In this document: piece by piece, positions 17,932 to 27,334 of the stretch | Numbering within the stretch: position 1 is the first letter of the stretch | Layout: each line of letters opens with the position of its first letter | Origin: a virus | Lineage: Duplodnaviria; Caudoviricetes | Virus record (IMG/VR): IMGVR_UViG_3300033463_000008 | Reading direction: 5' to 3' (one strand) | Length of the DNA: 64,000 bases | Position numbers and translations under genes: made by a program | The notes under the pieces: generated by a model | What the model saw: the letters and a program-made list of their open reading frames with translations, nothing else | Databases searched by the model: none | Told to the model about the DNA's origin: nothing

Positions 17932-19881
17932 CTAGGCATTCACCGGCTTACGGGCAATTTTCCCGGTAAGTTTACGAGCTGCTGGATTAGCAGGGGACGT
18001 AGTTCCGCCTTTAAACATCATCACGCTTCCGAGGTTATTGATAAGCCTATCAATTGCCTTCCAGGAATAGCCAGCAAGCGGACATCCCTTTCCAAGCATG
18101 ATGGAACGAATCATGTTCACAAAATTCGGCGGCACCTCGGCAAGACTTACCGTCTCATCATTCACTTGTGCATATCCAGCCGGAAGTCCCCGAATGATAT
18201 TATCCATATAAATACCGAAACTGTCCTGGATCAATCTAATTGCATTGGCACCCACCGCATTCTTAGTTGCTTTATTCAATGCATCGCATTGTGCTGCAGT
18301 CAAGGCAGGATTTTCTAAAAGTGGCTCACCCTGTTCAAGTTTTTGCATAATCTCCGGGTTACCGGACAAAATATCTTGAACAACCCCAGTGGTCTTGTCA
18401 GGAATCCCAAACAGCGTCTTAATTAATACAAATGTCGGTGTGCCCTTCCCAAGTACACGAAGAAGATCAAGTATTGTAGCACCCGGGTTTAACGGGTCGC
18501 TGCTATAGATTGCGTAGCCGTCATTAAGCGACGCCTTGAGTTCATTGGCACCATCTTCAATCGTTTCAATATACGCATCCGGAATTTCATCCTCAGATAC
18601 ATCACTTAATTCAGAACCGCCAAGCGAACTTACATCACCCACCCACACGGTCGGCATGATTTCTTCCACAATCGATTCAGTGGAAGGTACTTCGCCCTTC
18701 TTATATCCCAACTTTCTAAGCAACCCGGCTAGGTCAGTTTGGTTACATTCTTCGGCATTGAACTTACCGGAATTTACAAGCTTACTTACGGCAAAATAGC
18801 ACTGCTCCAGTTGCGACCAGTCCATGTTTTGCAATTCAGGATTGGTGTAGCCCAAATCATTAATCATCTTTATCAGCCGAGAACCAATCGCTGCATTATT
18901 CTGGTTAGGTTCTTCTTCAGGTGCCTCTTCAATTCCAACACCAAGTTGTTCAGACGCATCCTTAGCCGATGAGAAATGCTGGTCCTCTTCATTATCGGAA
19001 TGGCGGACTTCCTGTGCGCTTACGTCTTCATCCAAGTTGTTGTTTTCTTCAATTTCAAACGTGCCTTCATTAGACATCACATCAGCGGCAGTATCATCAG
19101 ATTTCTTTTTGGACCCACCCTTTTTACCGCTGCCTTTTTCAGTAGTATCATACTTGCTATATACCGCCCCGCTATATTGCTCGTCATCACCGGCAATATG
19201 CTGCTTTTCCACACCGCCCATATGGCTTTTTGCAAATTCAACTAATTGTTCATTGGTCGGCTCTGACAAACCTATGGATGCAAGGGCATCATTAGTTGTC
19301 ACTTGTCCAGGCCATGGTATATTACGCGATTTATACTGGTCAATTGCCCACTGGCGCTTAATGAAATTCTTATTTTCCTTTCGGCTGACAAGATTCTCTA
19401 TATTAGTGCCATACAATTCCTTTCCACAAATATATGCGGAAACCCCATTGCTTTCCAGAAGAACGCCAGCAACATCCATGATAGCCTCTACCTGAATAGT
19501 GTCAAGACCCATATCGAACAGGGTGTTACGCATCTTGTCTTCACGGCTTTCACCAAGGGCATGACGAAACTCCGGAGTAGGGGCAGCATCATCCTTATAC
19601 TGTTCATACGGGACATAGTCAATCCATGAATCCATCGACTCCACGACACGTGCCTTGAATTCTTCCGGCGTACCGCTACCGGCTTCACTCGACCCGTCAC
19701 CGAGATAAATGGTGTAGGACAATGTTCCATCGCCATTGTCGGTGCATTCGGCGAGCGTTCCCTCGCTATTCGGGAGAGACACTACAATAGTGCCATCCGC
19801 TTTCTTAGAAACGGCTGCCCCACTCTTGGAAAGCAGGTCCGAAATTGTGTCAAAGATTTCTTCGTTCATGGTATAGTCCAA
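17932..19881 (-). CDS. Large acidic hypothetical protein with an internal leader-like segment
   Basis: 649-aa ORF (start may be ATG 19869); IQVEAIMDVAGVLLES segment; TATAAACT at 19900-19907. Confidence 0.75.
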   Translation of the reverse strand: MDYTMNEEIFDTISDLLSKSGAAVSKKADGTIVVSLPNSEGTLAECTDNGDGTLSYTIYLGDGSSEAGSGTPEEFKARVVESMDSWIDYVPYEQYKDDAAPTPEFRHALGESREDKMRNTLFDMGLDTIQVEAIMDVAGVLLESNGVSAYICGKELYGTNIENLVSRKENKNFIKRQWAIDQYKSRNIPWPGQVTTNDALASIGLSEPTNEQLVEFAKSHMGGVEKQHIAGDDEQYSGAVYSKYDTTEKGSGKKGGSKKKSDDTAADVMSNEGTFEIEENNNLDEDVSAQEVRHSDNEEDQHFSSAKDASEQLGVGIEEAPEEEPNQNNAAIGSRLIKMINDLGYTNPELQNMDWSQLEQCYFAVSKLVNSGKFNAEECNQTDLAGLLRKLGYKKGEVPSTESIVEEIMPTVWVGDVSSLGGSELSDVSEDEIPDAYIETIEDGANELKASLNDGYAIYSSDPLNPGATILDLLRVLGKGTPTFVLIKTLFGIPDKTTGVVQDILSGNPEIMQKLEQGEPLLENPALTAAQCDALNKATKNAVGANAIRLIQDSFGIYMDNIIRGLPAGYAQVNDETVSLAEVPPNFVNMIRSIMLGKGCPLAGYSWKAIDRLINNLGSVMMFKGGTTSPANPAARKLTGKIARKPVNA

Positions 19882-20057
19882 AAATGTTTCTTTTCAGGGA
19901 GTTTATAAGGTTTATCAATGTCTACCCAAGTGCCATCGCGAACAACCTGGTGTATTATTTGAAAATCTTCCTGTGCAGGGACATTACTGATTTCAAACGT
20001 GAAAATGCCCAGAAGCACCAAAAGAGCCATAATCAGAAGCAATATAGGATGCTTCAT
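19866..20057 (-). CDS. Small membrane/signal-peptide protein
   Basis: MKHPILLLIMALLVLLGIF; starts 3 nt after the upstream stop. Confidence 0.5.
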   Translation of the reverse strand: MKHPILLLIMALLVLLGIFTFEISNVPAQEDFQIIHQVVRDGTWVDIDKPYKLPEKKHFWTIP

Positions 20058-20059
20058 AG

Positions 20060-20632
20060 TCAGCTTGCCGCACCAGCGCCGGCACCGCCGCCACCACCGC
20101 CACCGGCGCCATCACCGGCATATACGCCATTCTGGTTGTTCGGGCATGTGACCGAATATCCGCACTGCATTGGCATGCGGGTCAAGTTGAGATTCCACTG
20201 CATCGGGTTGGGCAGATGTTCCTTGGCCCGCTTAATCATCTGATCAATGGGCACGGACTGCAGTGCATCTGACTTGTATTTGTTAAGTCCGGTAATCTGT
20301 CCCCCGGAAATCAAGTCGGGAACATTCCATTTCGCATCGCGGGTTTCCTCGCCTATGTCACGAGTGCAATGCCCACTTACGCTAACTCCGCCATCAGGAA
20401 GGACATCAGGAGCCGACGTTCCGGATGTATTGGCGGCATTCGGGACTACGTGGGTAAAGCCCTTCCAGTCGATTACGGCATTCTGTCGTACCGAATCAGG
20501 CACCATAAGCGGGCGGAAAAAGTTCCCCTCGCAGAGTGCACGAAATGTTTCCGCAGCTTCTACCACACCACGGTCACCAGTCGCCTCGAAGAGGCCCTTC
20601 ATAAATTCCAGGTACTTGATTGCCGGAACCAT
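20060..20632 (-). CDS. Hypothetical protein with shared leader and Gly-rich C-terminus
   Basis: KYLEFMKGLFEATGDRGVVEAAETFRALCEG leader. Confidence 0.7.
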   Translation of the reverse strand: MVPAIKYLEFMKGLFEATGDRGVVEAAETFRALCEGNFFRPLMVPDSVRQNAVIDWKGFTHVVPNAANTSGTSAPDVLPDGGVSVSGHCTRDIGEETRDAKWNVPDLISGGQITGLNKYKSDALQSVPIDQMIKRAKEHLPNPMQWNLNLTRMPMQCGYSVTCPNNQNGVYAGDGAGGGGGGGAGAGAAS

Positions 20633-20636
20633 TTAA

Positions 20637-21002
20637 TTACCCCTGCGCATTGGCAACTTGTTTCTGGTTCTGTTCATTCAGTGTATTCTTGGCATTCAGT
20701 TCCTGCTGCAATTCACCAAGGGTTTGCCCTGCTGCAGCGGTAGTCTGGTCAAGCTGGGCCTGGGCATTGTCAACCTGCTGTTTTTCCTGAGCGGCCTTGT
20801 TGGCAATGTTGGCAAGCACCTTGGCGCCTTCCGGATTTTCCGTAAGGGCAGCCGGGTCAACCGGGATACTGTTTTCAGTAGTGCCACCATTCTGAACCTG
20901 GGTAGAATCGGCCTCGAAAAGGCATTCCCACGCAGCCACAGCTGCATTACCCATTGCAGGAACACCCGCACATGATTCCAAAATTGTCTGCTTAAAATTC
21001 AT
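20637..21002 (-). CDS. Gln/Ala-rich coiled-coil protein with shared leader
   Basis: FKQTILESCAG...AAVAAWECLFEA; GAGG RBS; TATAAACT at 21020-21027. Confidence 0.7.
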   Translation of the reverse strand: MNFKQTILESCAGVPAMGNAAVAAWECLFEADSTQVQNGGTTENSIPVDPAALTENPEGAKVLANIANKAAQEKQQVDNAQAQLDQTTAAAGQTLGELQQELNAKNTLNEQNQKQVANAQG

Positions 21003-21081
21003 ATTAAACCTCGGCTTGCAGTTTATAAAAAATGCCTCCCGTAGGAGGCTAGTTCCTGAAAGAAATCAGGACGCTGTAAGT

Positions 21082-21354
21082 TTAAGGTCTCCACCACGGC
21101 GCATACGGCCAGTACCATCGGTAATGGGGTTCCGCACACGGTGAACAGCAACCGCATGGCGGGGGTGGGGGATCCGGCTGGTTCGGTATGTAGTATGGGT
21201 GACATACATGCATCATCCAGTCAACTGGACGACCAACCATATGTTCAAATACGGGCCGCGGATGAATGGGACCATGATTTCTGTAATAGTCAGGGTCCCG
21301 TTCTACCCCAAAATATCCGTAGTCACCCGTCTGATAGCAATCCACGGTAGCCAT
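21082..21354 (-). CDS. Pro/Tyr/Cys/His-rich small protein
   Basis: GAGG RBS, coupled to the upstream gene; PPPPPCGCCSPC. Confidence 0.55.
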   Translation of the reverse strand: MATVDCYQTGDYGYFGVERDPDYYRNHGPIHPRPVFEHMVGRPVDWMMHVCHPYYIPNQPDPPPPPCGCCSPCAEPHYRWYWPYAPWWRP

Positions 21355-21356
21355 AT

Positions 21357-21770
21357 CTACTTCCTCGGTGCCCGTTTCCGCGAGCCGGTCTTAGGTTTAA
21401 CTTGTTTGACAGTCGTTTCATTCGGCATGACTGAAATCAACTTATGGATAGTATGGATATAAGAATTGCCCCCAAGCTTTTCGTATGCAACATTCAGCTT
21501 CTCGAAGTTTTCACGGTCATTTTCATAGATAAATCCACGATCAATCGACCGGTAATATACCTCGGTAAGTTGGTTACGCAATGTAGCTTGAAGGGCTTCC
21601 TTCACCAAGTTCATTTCGGCTTCGAACGCCTTCTTATTGGTGAATTGCTCCACTATCCAGTTTCGCAAGGGTTTTACGAGTGTACCCACTGCAATGAGCA
21701 GGCCTGTTACAGCAACAATGAATGTTGACACCATGTTGATTTTAGCAGTAATGAACTCGAGTGTAGACAT
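21357..21770 (-). CDS. Single-TM holin-like/lysis-associated protein
   Basis: N-terminal TM, then LR..L...Y.....GFI.......Y..LGGN motif seen in phage lysis-region proteins; TATAAACT at 21802-21809. Confidence 0.45.
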   Translation of the reverse strand: MSTLEFITAKINMVSTFIVAVTGLLIAVGTLVKPLRNWIVEQFTNKKAFEAEMNLVKEALQATLRNQLTEVYYRSIDRGFIYENDRENFEKLNVAYEKLGGNSYIHTIHKLISVMPNETTVKQVKPKTGSRKRAPRK

Positions 21771-21825
21771 TTAGTTCCCCGGGATTGGCTTTCACCAACT
21801 GAGTTTATAATTTACCTGTAATTTT

Positions 21826-22833
21826 CTAACAAGTGTACCCGGTTCCGTGGCAAATTGGACAGGCATCCCCGGTGAACGAATCGACACCCGTACCGTCACA
21901 GTGGGAGCAAATCCCCTCGTCTTCCTGTTCTTCGCTGAAATCGTACCCTTCCCGGTCCCTATCCCACGTATGAGACGGAATCTTGCTAAATTCCTTCTCA
22001 TCGGAGAAGTTTCCGCTGTTCGCCTGGTATCCCGGACGTTCATAACGGAGGATAATTTCCTTCATCATCGGGTGGCGGACGATATCATCGACATCCAGTT
22101 CAACGAAACCGATACCCCGGACCCCGCTAAGCAGTCTGATTGCATCGGAAAAGCCCGAAGTAGCCTTGTCCGGCAAGTCGCACTGGTTCGGGTCCCCACA
22201 AATAATCATCTTGGAGCCTCGCCCAAGCCGGGTAATCATCATCTTCATCTGCATCGGGGTGACGTTCTGGAACTCGTCGCACACGATGTATGACTTGGAC
22301 AACGTCGAACCACGGATGTAGGCCAGGGGGCAAACCCTGACCCGGTCATAGAAGTCCACCTGCGGCGGAACTTCCTTCGCGCTGGCCCGAAGCCGCTTCT
22401 TTTCCTTTGCAGTCAAGGGTTCGCGCTTTACGACTTCCTTCTCAGGATCGTGCTGCTTCGGATAGCCCTTAATCATTGCAATGGCATCTTTCAGCGGCTG
22501 CATGTAAGGGGCAACCTTCTCATCCAGTGAACCTGGCAGGAAACCAAGCTCCTCGCCACCGGTAACGACCGGTCGCGTAAGGATGAGCCTTTCGTACTTT
22601 CCATTGTCGATACCGTCTATGCCGACCCAAGTGGCAATGGCGGTCTTACCGGTTCCGGATGGACCTGATACGAAAATGATGTCATGGGAATTGATTGCGT
22701 CGACCAGCTTCTGCTGGCCAAGCGTCTTTTCATATATAGTGCGACCGTTGCGGTCGTTGATGATTGGTCTCCCGCAAAATTTGTTGTCCATGCGATAGAG
22801 GTCCCGCGTTGTCGTGTGGCTGAATTGCCACAC
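21826..22833 (-). CDS. phoH: PhoH-family ATPase with C-terminal DnaJ-type zinc finger
   Basis: GPSGTGKT, LGFLPG, YIRGSTL, DEFQN, TRLG, GDPNQCD, DIVRHP; C-terminal CSHCDGTG...CPICHGTG. Confidence 0.95.
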   Translation of the reverse strand: MWQFSHTTTRDLYRMDNKFCGRPIINDRNGRTIYEKTLGQQKLVDAINSHDIIFVSGPSGTGKTAIATWVGIDGIDNGKYERLILTRPVVTGGEELGFLPGSLDEKVAPYMQPLKDAIAMIKGYPKQHDPEKEVVKREPLTAKEKKRLRASAKEVPPQVDFYDRVRVCPLAYIRGSTLSKSYIVCDEFQNVTPMQMKMMITRLGRGSKMIICGDPNQCDLPDKATSGFSDAIRLLSGVRGIGFVELDVDDIVRHPMMKEIILRYERPGYQANSGNFSDEKEFSKIPSHTWDRDREGYDFSEEQEDEGICSHCDGTGVDSFTGDACPICHGTGYTC

Positions 22834-22848
22834 ACTTCTAGCTTATAA

Positions 22849-24237
22849 CTACTTCTGATATGCCTCGATAACCTGTCCGATGGTGTCAAATTCTTCATTT
22901 TTGCCATCTTCCGGTTCGACAACCCACTTTTTGCTGTCATAATCGTAGCGGAACGGTATCTTCTTGATGACATCCTTGTCACGGAAGATGAGTTCATCGT
23001 CCTGTTCACCAACATGCTTGGCAATGACGCCATCGGCCTTGATGAGGAACGCGCAGTCACCATATCCAAGGTCATAGTGCTTCAAATACGAACAACCGAC
23101 CGGGAGGGCGAACAGCCACCCCTGCTTGCCCCGTCCTCCGTCATACATCGTAGTGTAGGCAAGGTGGTCAAGTACCGTAGTACCGTTGGCAAAGCCACCC
23201 TTCTTGATTTTCGGGTAAGCCTTATCGTTTGTAAAGTGAACCGCCCAGGCGCCTTCCTTGATATGGGCGTCCTTGAAGTAATTGAAGGCTTTCTTGGTTG
23301 TATCGACATACCCCTTGGAGTCCTTGATGTCTTCCGTCGGTTTCTTGCCGAGATACCTGTTCAATTTCTTCATATTCCCATCTACGGATTCCATTGCACC
23401 TGCGTAGCCGGACCGGTACGCGTTACGCACAGTATCAACAAGTTTCTGATCTACCTGCTTATTCGGCGCAATCTCGGGATTTTTCGATGCAGAGTTCACA
23501 TATGCATCACGGAATTCTCCCGACTTAAGAAACTTTTCCCACGGATAAACGCCATGCCTGGTAATAAACACCTCGATCATGGCCATGTCGTTTTTCAGCT
23601 GCGCAACTGCATAGTCACGATTGCTCGATTCACATAAAGGAACTACATGCGTTCTGGAAACGCCTTCAGTGATGTCATACAGTGACAGGATTGATTCTAT
23701 GAGAGCTCGGTGCCCGGGTGTCACCTTGCACACCGAATCCATGATGTTACGGTACGCGGCGCGGTGTTCATCACGGATTTTCTGTGGATTCACCCTAATG
23801 TAGTCATCCATCAGGTTGCCACGCTTTTCGGCTTTCTTGAAGTCGGGCGTTTGCCTCATCTGGTTAAACTCACGGTTGCCGTAGGTTTTCAGAAAATATG
23901 TGATGTCGTCACATGCCTGGAGGAAACGGTTATAATCATTTTCCCAAGTCTTGCGGTCATTGTCAATCAGGAACTGCTTTGCCTTTTGTTGCTGAGGCGT
24001 GAAGTCACGATGTTTCAAGCCAAGAGTATTTTCGGGTGGCGGGGTCCGCTTGGCCGCATTGGCTCCGCCAACGATCTTGTTTTTCAGTCTTCCCACCAGG
24101 CTCCGGGCACGGTTAAAGAAATTATCCATGCCTTCCAATACCACATACTCCTTCAAGGCGCATTCAAGCAATGGCCGATTCTCGTCGGTAGCCAAAGCAA
24201 CAACTGAATTTATGAACTCTCGGTGTCTCTGTTCCAT
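22849..24237 (-). CDS. Multi-module protein: two leader copies plus C-terminal ADP-ribosyltransferase-like domain (alternative start 24255)
   Basis: Leaders REFINSV...LLECALKEYVVLEG and YRNIMDSV...LIESILSLYDITEG; C-terminal HFT......I...GF...GWLFA...YG...DELIF; TATAAACT at 24261-24268. Confidence 0.5.
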   Translation of the reverse strand: MEQRHREFINSVVALATDENRPLLECALKEYVVLEGMDNFFNRARSLVGRLKNKIVGGANAAKRTPPPENTLGLKHRDFTPQQQKAKQFLIDNDRKTWENDYNRFLQACDDITYFLKTYGNREFNQMRQTPDFKKAEKRGNLMDDYIRVNPQKIRDEHRAAYRNIMDSVCKVTPGHRALIESILSLYDITEGVSRTHVVPLCESSNRDYAVAQLKNDMAMIEVFITRHGVYPWEKFLKSGEFRDAYVNSASKNPEIAPNKQVDQKLVDTVRNAYRSGYAGAMESVDGNMKKLNRYLGKKPTEDIKDSKGYVDTTKKAFNYFKDAHIKEGAWAVHFTNDKAYPKIKKGGFANGTTVLDHLAYTTMYDGGRGKQGWLFALPVGCSYLKHYDLGYGDCAFLIKADGVIAKHVGEQDDELIFRDKDVIKKIPFRYDYDSKKWVVEPEDGKNEEFDTIGQVIEAYQK

Positions 24238-24326
24238 ATTGCAATTCCTCTGCATGGAGCAGTTTATACAGAAAGGGTGCCTAACGGCACCCTTGTTGAT
24301 TTAAGGAGGTCAGTTACGAAAATAAA

Positions 24327-24959
24327 TTACTTGCTCTTTTTGGCCTTTGTTGCAGGCTTCTTGCCCGTCTTGGTGGTCTTGACGGCCTTGCCGGGCTTGG
24401 CAACCTTACCGGACTTCTTGGCTGTTTTACCCTTCTTATCATCCAATTTCAGGAGATGCTTATTGACAAATTCCTTAGAAAGCACGGGTTTCTTCTCGTC
24501 ATTCGAAGCAAATTCCCCCAAAGATTTTTTTAAAGCCTTCTCGGCAGCTTCGGAATTCGGCTTGCGCTTACGAACAGTATTCTTTTTGGCAGCCGGGGCA
24601 ACGGTTGCCTGCTTTTCAACGCGCTTAACCGGAGTGGCCGGGACTGGATTCACCGGAATCGGTTCTGTTGTAACAGCCGGTACCTGAGTAAGCTTAGGTT
24701 CATTGGCAAACTGAGGGTTTTCTTCTGCTGGTTCACCAGCCTGTTCGGTAGACGGTTCAGTAGATGACTCGGCAACGTGTTCGGTTTCTTCTTCGGCCTC
24801 TTCGACCTGGATTCGGTTGCGACGGCGAACCACGTAGAGCGGAATGCCAAATACGATTACTGCAATGAGTACCGCTATAATAGCAATGATAGTTTCTCCA
24901 CTCATCACCGCAACCGGCTCTGTCGCAGCCATTGTAGCTATAGATACTGTTTCTGACAT
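24327..24959 (-). CDS. Single-TM membrane protein with Lys-rich C-terminal tail
   Basis: IIAIIAVLIAVIVFGIPLYVV followed by RRR; histone-H1-like K/A/T tail; AGGAG RBS. Confidence 0.75.
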   Translation of the reverse strand: MSETVSIATMAATEPVAVMSGETIIAIIAVLIAVIVFGIPLYVVRRRNRIQVEEAEEETEHVAESSTEPSTEQAGEPAEENPQFANEPKLTQVPAVTTEPIPVNPVPATPVKRVEKQATVAPAAKKNTVRKRKPNSEAAEKALKKSLGEFASNDEKKPVLSKEFVNKHLLKLDDKKGKTAKKSGKVAKPGKAVKTTKTGKKPATKAKKSK

Positions 24960-25033
24960 GATAACTCCTGGTGTTATGGGTTTCAGGTTTCTAAAGGAAA
25001 ACTACATCACTCGGATGATATAAACTGATTTTT

Positions 25034-25291
25034 ATGGCACGTAAGAACAAAAATAATATTGAAAACGAAACAATCGACATCATCCAGGATGCCGAAGTGC
25101 CGGCATTGGCCGAAATGCCGCCTACACCCATTGAACCGGAACCCCAGAAACCGGTAGCCACCAAGTACCCATCAAGTACCCATCAAGCACCCGTGCCGCC
25201 AAAGAAACGGATACGCATCAGGCCCAGCCAGAAAAAGAAGCTGTCGGTCGCTGTCCTGTGCACAAATCCATTAACACGACGTTTTATTTAA
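25034..25291 (+). CDS. Small Pro/Lys-rich hypothetical protein
   Basis: TATAAACT at 25019-25026, 7 nt before ATG; terminator directly after the stop. Confidence 0.6.
   Translation: MARKNKNNIENETIDIIQDAEVPALAEMPPTPIEPEPQKPVATKYPSSTHQAPVPPKKRIRIRPSQKKKLSVAVLCTNPLTRRFI
25162..25192 (+). repeat. 11-bp tandem repeat (about 2.8 copies)
   Basis: CAAGTACCCAT CAAGTACCCAT CAAGCACCC. Confidence 0.8.
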
Positions 25292-25292
25292 G

Positions 25293-25320
25293 AAAAAAGG
25301 TGGCCAATCGGCCACCTTTT
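25293..25320. terminator. Bidirectional intrinsic terminator
   Basis: AAAAGGTGGCC-AATC-GGCCACCTTTT. Confidence 0.85.
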
Positions 25321-25337
25321 CCTTTATGAAGCTGTAC

Positions 25338-25500
25338 GGAATGCACGGATTGTAAATGAACTACCCACACGCTAAAGACGTGTGGGTTTCCACAGCATCT
25401 GCGAGTGATGTTTCCAAGGCTGCTCCCCTAACGGGGTTCATAGAATCCTCGGCGTAAATTCCGGCTGTCCGAGCCGTATTGTTTAACCTGAACGCGAACT
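25338..25500 (-). ncRNA. Putative TnpB omega/reRNA (scaffold overlapping the tnpB 3' end plus flanking guide); boundaries approximate
   Basis: Established architecture of IS200/IS605 TnpB loci; right-end hairpin is visible; guide would begin about TTACAATCCGTGCATTCC. Confidence 0.5.
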
Positions 25501-26705
25501 TCTTGATGTTCTGTGCAGCGAGAAGGTCACGTTGATTTACGGAACTGCAAGCAGGACAAGTCCACACCCTATCGGATAATTTTAATCCCCTATAGACATA
25601 ACCACAGGAACACATCTTGGAAGATGGCTCAAATCGTCCAATCCTTATGATGTTCTTTCCATACCATTCAGCCTTGTAGTCCATATAGGTATTGAATGTT
25701 CCAATGCTTATATCGGACAATGCCTGGGCAAGTTTGTGATTCTTAACCATATTGCTTGCAGACAAGGTTTCAAGGCATATTGTATCGTAGTGGTCTATCA
25801 AATACTTGGCGGTCTTATGTAAGAAATCCTTGCGTTTGTTCGTAACCTTCTCGTACTGACGGGCAAGCAACTTGACGGCTTTCTTCCGCTTGTTGCTTCC
25901 CTTGACTTTACGAGAAACGGAGCGTTGCAGACGCTTGAGTTTCTTCAAGACTTTCTTTAAGTATTTGGGGTTCTGTATTTCAGTCCCATCGCTTAATGTG
26001 GCGAACGTCTTGATACCCAAGTCCACGCCGACCGCTTTGTTCTCGTCTATCGGTGCTTTAGTTGGTAGGGTATCTTCGGTTTCTACAAGAATGGATATGA
26101 AATACTTACCCGTTGGTGTCCTGCTTACTGTACTTGTCTTTATCTTTCCGTTTAATTGTCGATCGAACTTGCATTTGATTCCTTCCTTGAACTTCGGCAA
26201 GAACACCCGCTTGGCATCATAGTCCACCGTAGTATTCTGCGGAACTTGGAAGGATTGTCGGTTGTCGTGCTTGGACTTGAACTTCGGGAAGCCCTTCTTC
26301 TCCTTGAAGAAGTGGGTGAACGCCATATCCAGGTTAAGCAGGGCTGCTTGGAGCGAGAGTGAATTGACTTCGGAGAGCCATTTTGTCGCATCGGCTTTCT
26401 TCATCTTCGGCAAGTCTGCCTGTATGGTGAAGCGGGACACGCTTTTCTTGGTTTCGGAGTAGGACTTTATTTTTCGTTCAAGCCCATAGTTGTAGATGTA
26501 TCTGGCACACCCGAAATGCTTGGATAGAAGCACCTCTTGTGTTTTTGTTGGACAGAGCCGATATTTGTATGCCTTCAACATCATACCTTAAATATACACT
26601 ATCCTTTAATGAGAAGCAAGTATTTTCTCTAAAAATTATAAGTTTCTGCTTACGGGCAATTCAACTCGCCCCACTGAAGATGGGTGGGATTTCTTGCCTA
26701 TTCCG
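25356..26705 (-). mobile_element. Non-autonomous IS200/IS605-family element (tnpB only, IS1341-like); ends approximate
   Basis: tnpB bracketed by a left-end hairpin (26655-26698, GGCAAGAAATCCCACC...GTGGGGCGAGTTGAATTGCC) and a right-end hairpin (25363-25387, ACCCACACG-TCTTTAG-CGTGTGGGT) followed by AGTTCAT; no tnpA in the window. Confidence 0.8.
25361..26584 (-). CDS. tnpB: RNA-guided nuclease TnpB
   Basis: KAYKYRLCP...FGCARYIYN (HTH_OrfB), GVDLGIK (RuvC-I), CLETL (RuvC-II), SSKMCSCG...WTCPAC zinc finger, RDLLAAQNI (RuvC-III). Confidence 0.95.
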   Translation of the reverse strand: MMLKAYKYRLCPTKTQEVLLSKHFGCARYIYNYGLERKIKSYSETKKSVSRFTIQADLPKMKKADATKWLSEVNSLSLQAALLNLDMAFTHFFKEKKGFPKFKSKHDNRQSFQVPQNTTVDYDAKRVFLPKFKEGIKCKFDRQLNGKIKTSTVSRTPTGKYFISILVETEDTLPTKAPIDENKAVGVDLGIKTFATLSDGTEIQNPKYLKKVLKKLKRLQRSVSRKVKGSNKRKKAVKLLARQYEKVTNKRKDFLHKTAKYLIDHYDTICLETLSASNMVKNHKLAQALSDISIGTFNTYMDYKAEWYGKNIIRIGRFEPSSKMCSCGYVYRGLKLSDRVWTCPACSSVNQRDLLAAQNIKKFAFRLNNTARTAGIYAEDSMNPVRGAALETSLADAVETHTSLACG

Positions 26706-27245
26706 TTAAAATTCTTCTTCGCTTTCATCCGTTTCAGCAATCGGAGTAAACACGACCGGATTTTCATCCAGCGAATGAATTTCCAACTTAATCGGAATGA
26801 GAATCTTTTTGCCGGTCTGCGGATTGGTTTCCTTGCGCTTGATCCATTCTTCCAGAACATCGTTCGCTTCGTCACGGTTCTTGATGCCGTCGATGGTGCA
26901 TGTCATGTTCTCTTCAACGCCATCACCGGCGTTCTTGCGGGTATGGGTGAAGGTTGCCGTATTAGCAATGCCGGAGAACGTGACCAGATGTTCCAGTTCG
27001 GTCCCAAAATCGACCTTGATGAACACGCCGTAATCGCGGAGGTCGGCCTTGACACTGCCCAGCGGGAAATTGATGTTGATGTCCTCGACACCGAAAGTAT
27101 TTTCGAGGACTTCAGCCATTTCCTTGGAATCGGAAGTACCTGTAATCTTCAACTTGAACTTGGTGACGGTAGTGTCCTTGACGACGGTCGGGGCCATGGA
27201 CATGAGGGTACCAATGGCAGTAATTTCGAGCTTATTTTTTGACAT
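26706..27245 (-). CDS. Hypothetical protein with acidic C-terminus
   Basis: Open frame with phage-typical codons; TTTTTGCTATATTT motif at 27276-27289. Confidence 0.75.
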   Translation of the reverse strand: MSKNKLEITAIGTLMSMAPTVVKDTTVTKFKLKITGTSDSKEMAEVLENTFGVEDININFPLGSVKADLRDYGVFIKVDFGTELEHLVTFSGIANTATFTHTRKNAGDGVEENMTCTIDGIKNRDEANDVLEEWIKRKETNPQTGKKILIPIKLEIHSLDENPVVFTPIAETDESEEEF

Positions 27246-27334
27246 TGTTCTAGTTCCTAATTGCTTGTTTAATTGAAATATAGCAAAAATGTTTCATGTT
27301 TGATATAAGACTGTAGAAAAATTGCGAGAATCAC

